Source of the DNA: a virus
IMG/VR virus record: IMGVR_UViG_3300021963_009993
Location: 1-64,000 of that record
Length of the DNA stretch: 64,000 nucleotides
Strand: one strand, 5' to 3'
Both the position numbers and the translations under genes were made by a program. Shown here piece by piece: positions 63,082 to 64,000 of the stretch. Under the pieces are notes generated by a model that saw nothing but the letters and a program-made list of their open reading frames with translations, did not search any database and was not told the DNA's origin. The stretch's first letter is position 1; every line of letters starts with the position of its first letter.

Positions 63082-64000
63082 CTATTTAAGGAAATCTTCT
63101 TCATACCATGAGTTATTAAGTATAGTTACTTTTTCTTGAAAATTTTTGTTCTCAATAGCCAATTTTATTTTTTCTAAATTTCTTCCTAGCTTATAATCTC
63201 CTTTTCCAATTCCAACAGATGCTTTAATTCTTGAAAAAGGTATTTTCTCATACCAATGATATGTCTCTGATACCAAATTGCATTTGTTGCAATAATATCT
63301 GATAATTCCATGTTGTTTGTCTAATTTTGGATTATTAATCTTACTTATGTAATCGTCGTATTTTGTTACAGATAATTGTTGGTATTGACCTTCTTTTATT
63401 TTATCGACAACATAATTTGTATGTTGCAGATCATTGAAGCCACCTTGATTATGACAACAATTTAGATGCTTTTGGTTGACATTATAATCGATAGGTATGT
63501 TTGAGGTTCCAAAATAATTACCTTTTTGATGCATGGTACGAAACATAACATTTTCTATTTTTGGAACATTGAATGGTTTGTTTTTTAACTTATAAAAATT
63601 CTCTAATCTTCTTTCCAAATCCAAATCAGCATAATGTTTAGTGTTTGTTGCTAGTTCATCGATACCATTAATTTCTATAAGCAAGTTTTTTGAAATGCAC
63701 CAATGTCCCCATATCCCTTCGGGAGGATTTTTAATACTTGTTTTTTCTTTTAATTCAGGCATCATACCTGTTTGAAGCATTTTTTGTGCTTGATCAAACT
63801 GTATTATTTTTTCATAGTTATTAATATTGTATGTAATTAAATCTTCTTCTTTAGGTATGCAAAGCTGCCATTTCAAACCAATATAATCATATTGGTGGAA
63901 TGAATTTAATACATCTAGAATATTTCTATTTACAAATCTCCAGTCTTGAAAAGTGATTATTGTTTCTGAGCTTGCCATCAAAATTCCATGATTTAATATT
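63082..64000 (-). CDS. GT2-like glycosyltransferase, 5' end off the window
   Basis: Frame stays open to the window edge: LNHGILMASSETIITFQD (GT2-like), INGIDE...YADLDLERRL. Confidence 0.65.
   Translation of the reverse strand, partial: ILNHGILMASSETIITFQDWRFVNRNILDVLNSFHQYDYIGLKWQLCIPKEEDLITYNINNYEKIIQFDQAQKMLQTGMMPELKEKTSIKNPPEGIWGHWCISKNLLIEINGIDELATNTKHYADLDLERRLENFYKLKNKPFNVPKIENVMFRTMHQKGNYFGTSNIPIDYNVNQKHLNCCHNQGGFNDLQHTNYVVDKIKEGQYQQLSVTKYDDYISKINNPKLDKQHGIIRYYCNKCNLVSETYHWYEKIPFSRIKASVGIGKGDYKLGRNLEKIKLAIENKNFQEKVTILNNSWYEEDFLK

Noticed and set aside
1-64000. Stop-codon reassignment, as seen in some huge phages
   Set aside because: Recognisable genes are full-length in code 11; TAG, TGA and TAA all end genes; the single tRNA is a normal Tyr(GTA).

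Overview
This AT-rich 64-kb window looks like part of a large (jumbo/huge) T4-like tailed phage genome. It is densely coding, uses Shine-Dalgarno sites and ATGA/TAATG gene couplings, reads in the standard genetic code, and carries one tRNA-Tyr. No core structural or replicase genes are present; this is accessory and auxiliary territory. Three layers of organisation are visible. (1) About 25 otherwise unrelated ORFs share an N-terminal tag M-x(1-4)-F-x-x-[WF]-[LFMIV]...[LI]-x-E that resembles the T4 capsid-targeting sequence and gp21 cleavage site. Many sit a few nt behind T4-type late promoters ([TCA]ATA[AT]ATA). They encode candidate effectors: about 7 ADP-ribosyltransferase-like proteins, a Nudix hydrolase, a kinase-like protein, a GNAT, an ASCH, a ParB-like protein and two ankyrin proteins. 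(2) An early regulon of at least 13 copies of an AAAAG-TTGTnn-N17-[TA]ACACT-AG promoter, usually with upstream ATATC/GATAT boxes, drives small cassette-like genes and a high-GC island (MoxR-type AAA+ ATPase, vWA partner, UvrD-like helicase). (3) A strand-skew switch near 27.1-28.2 kb and repeat- or palindrome-rich spacers (36-42 kb) are candidate replication-origin elements. Sugar-modification genes (GT4, GT2, pyruvyltransferase, DegT aminotransferase, methyltransferase), Hsp20, an orphan DNA methyltransferase, an endonuclease VII-like protein and a DUF5131 protein are also present. All family calls come from motifs recognised by eye; no database search was run.
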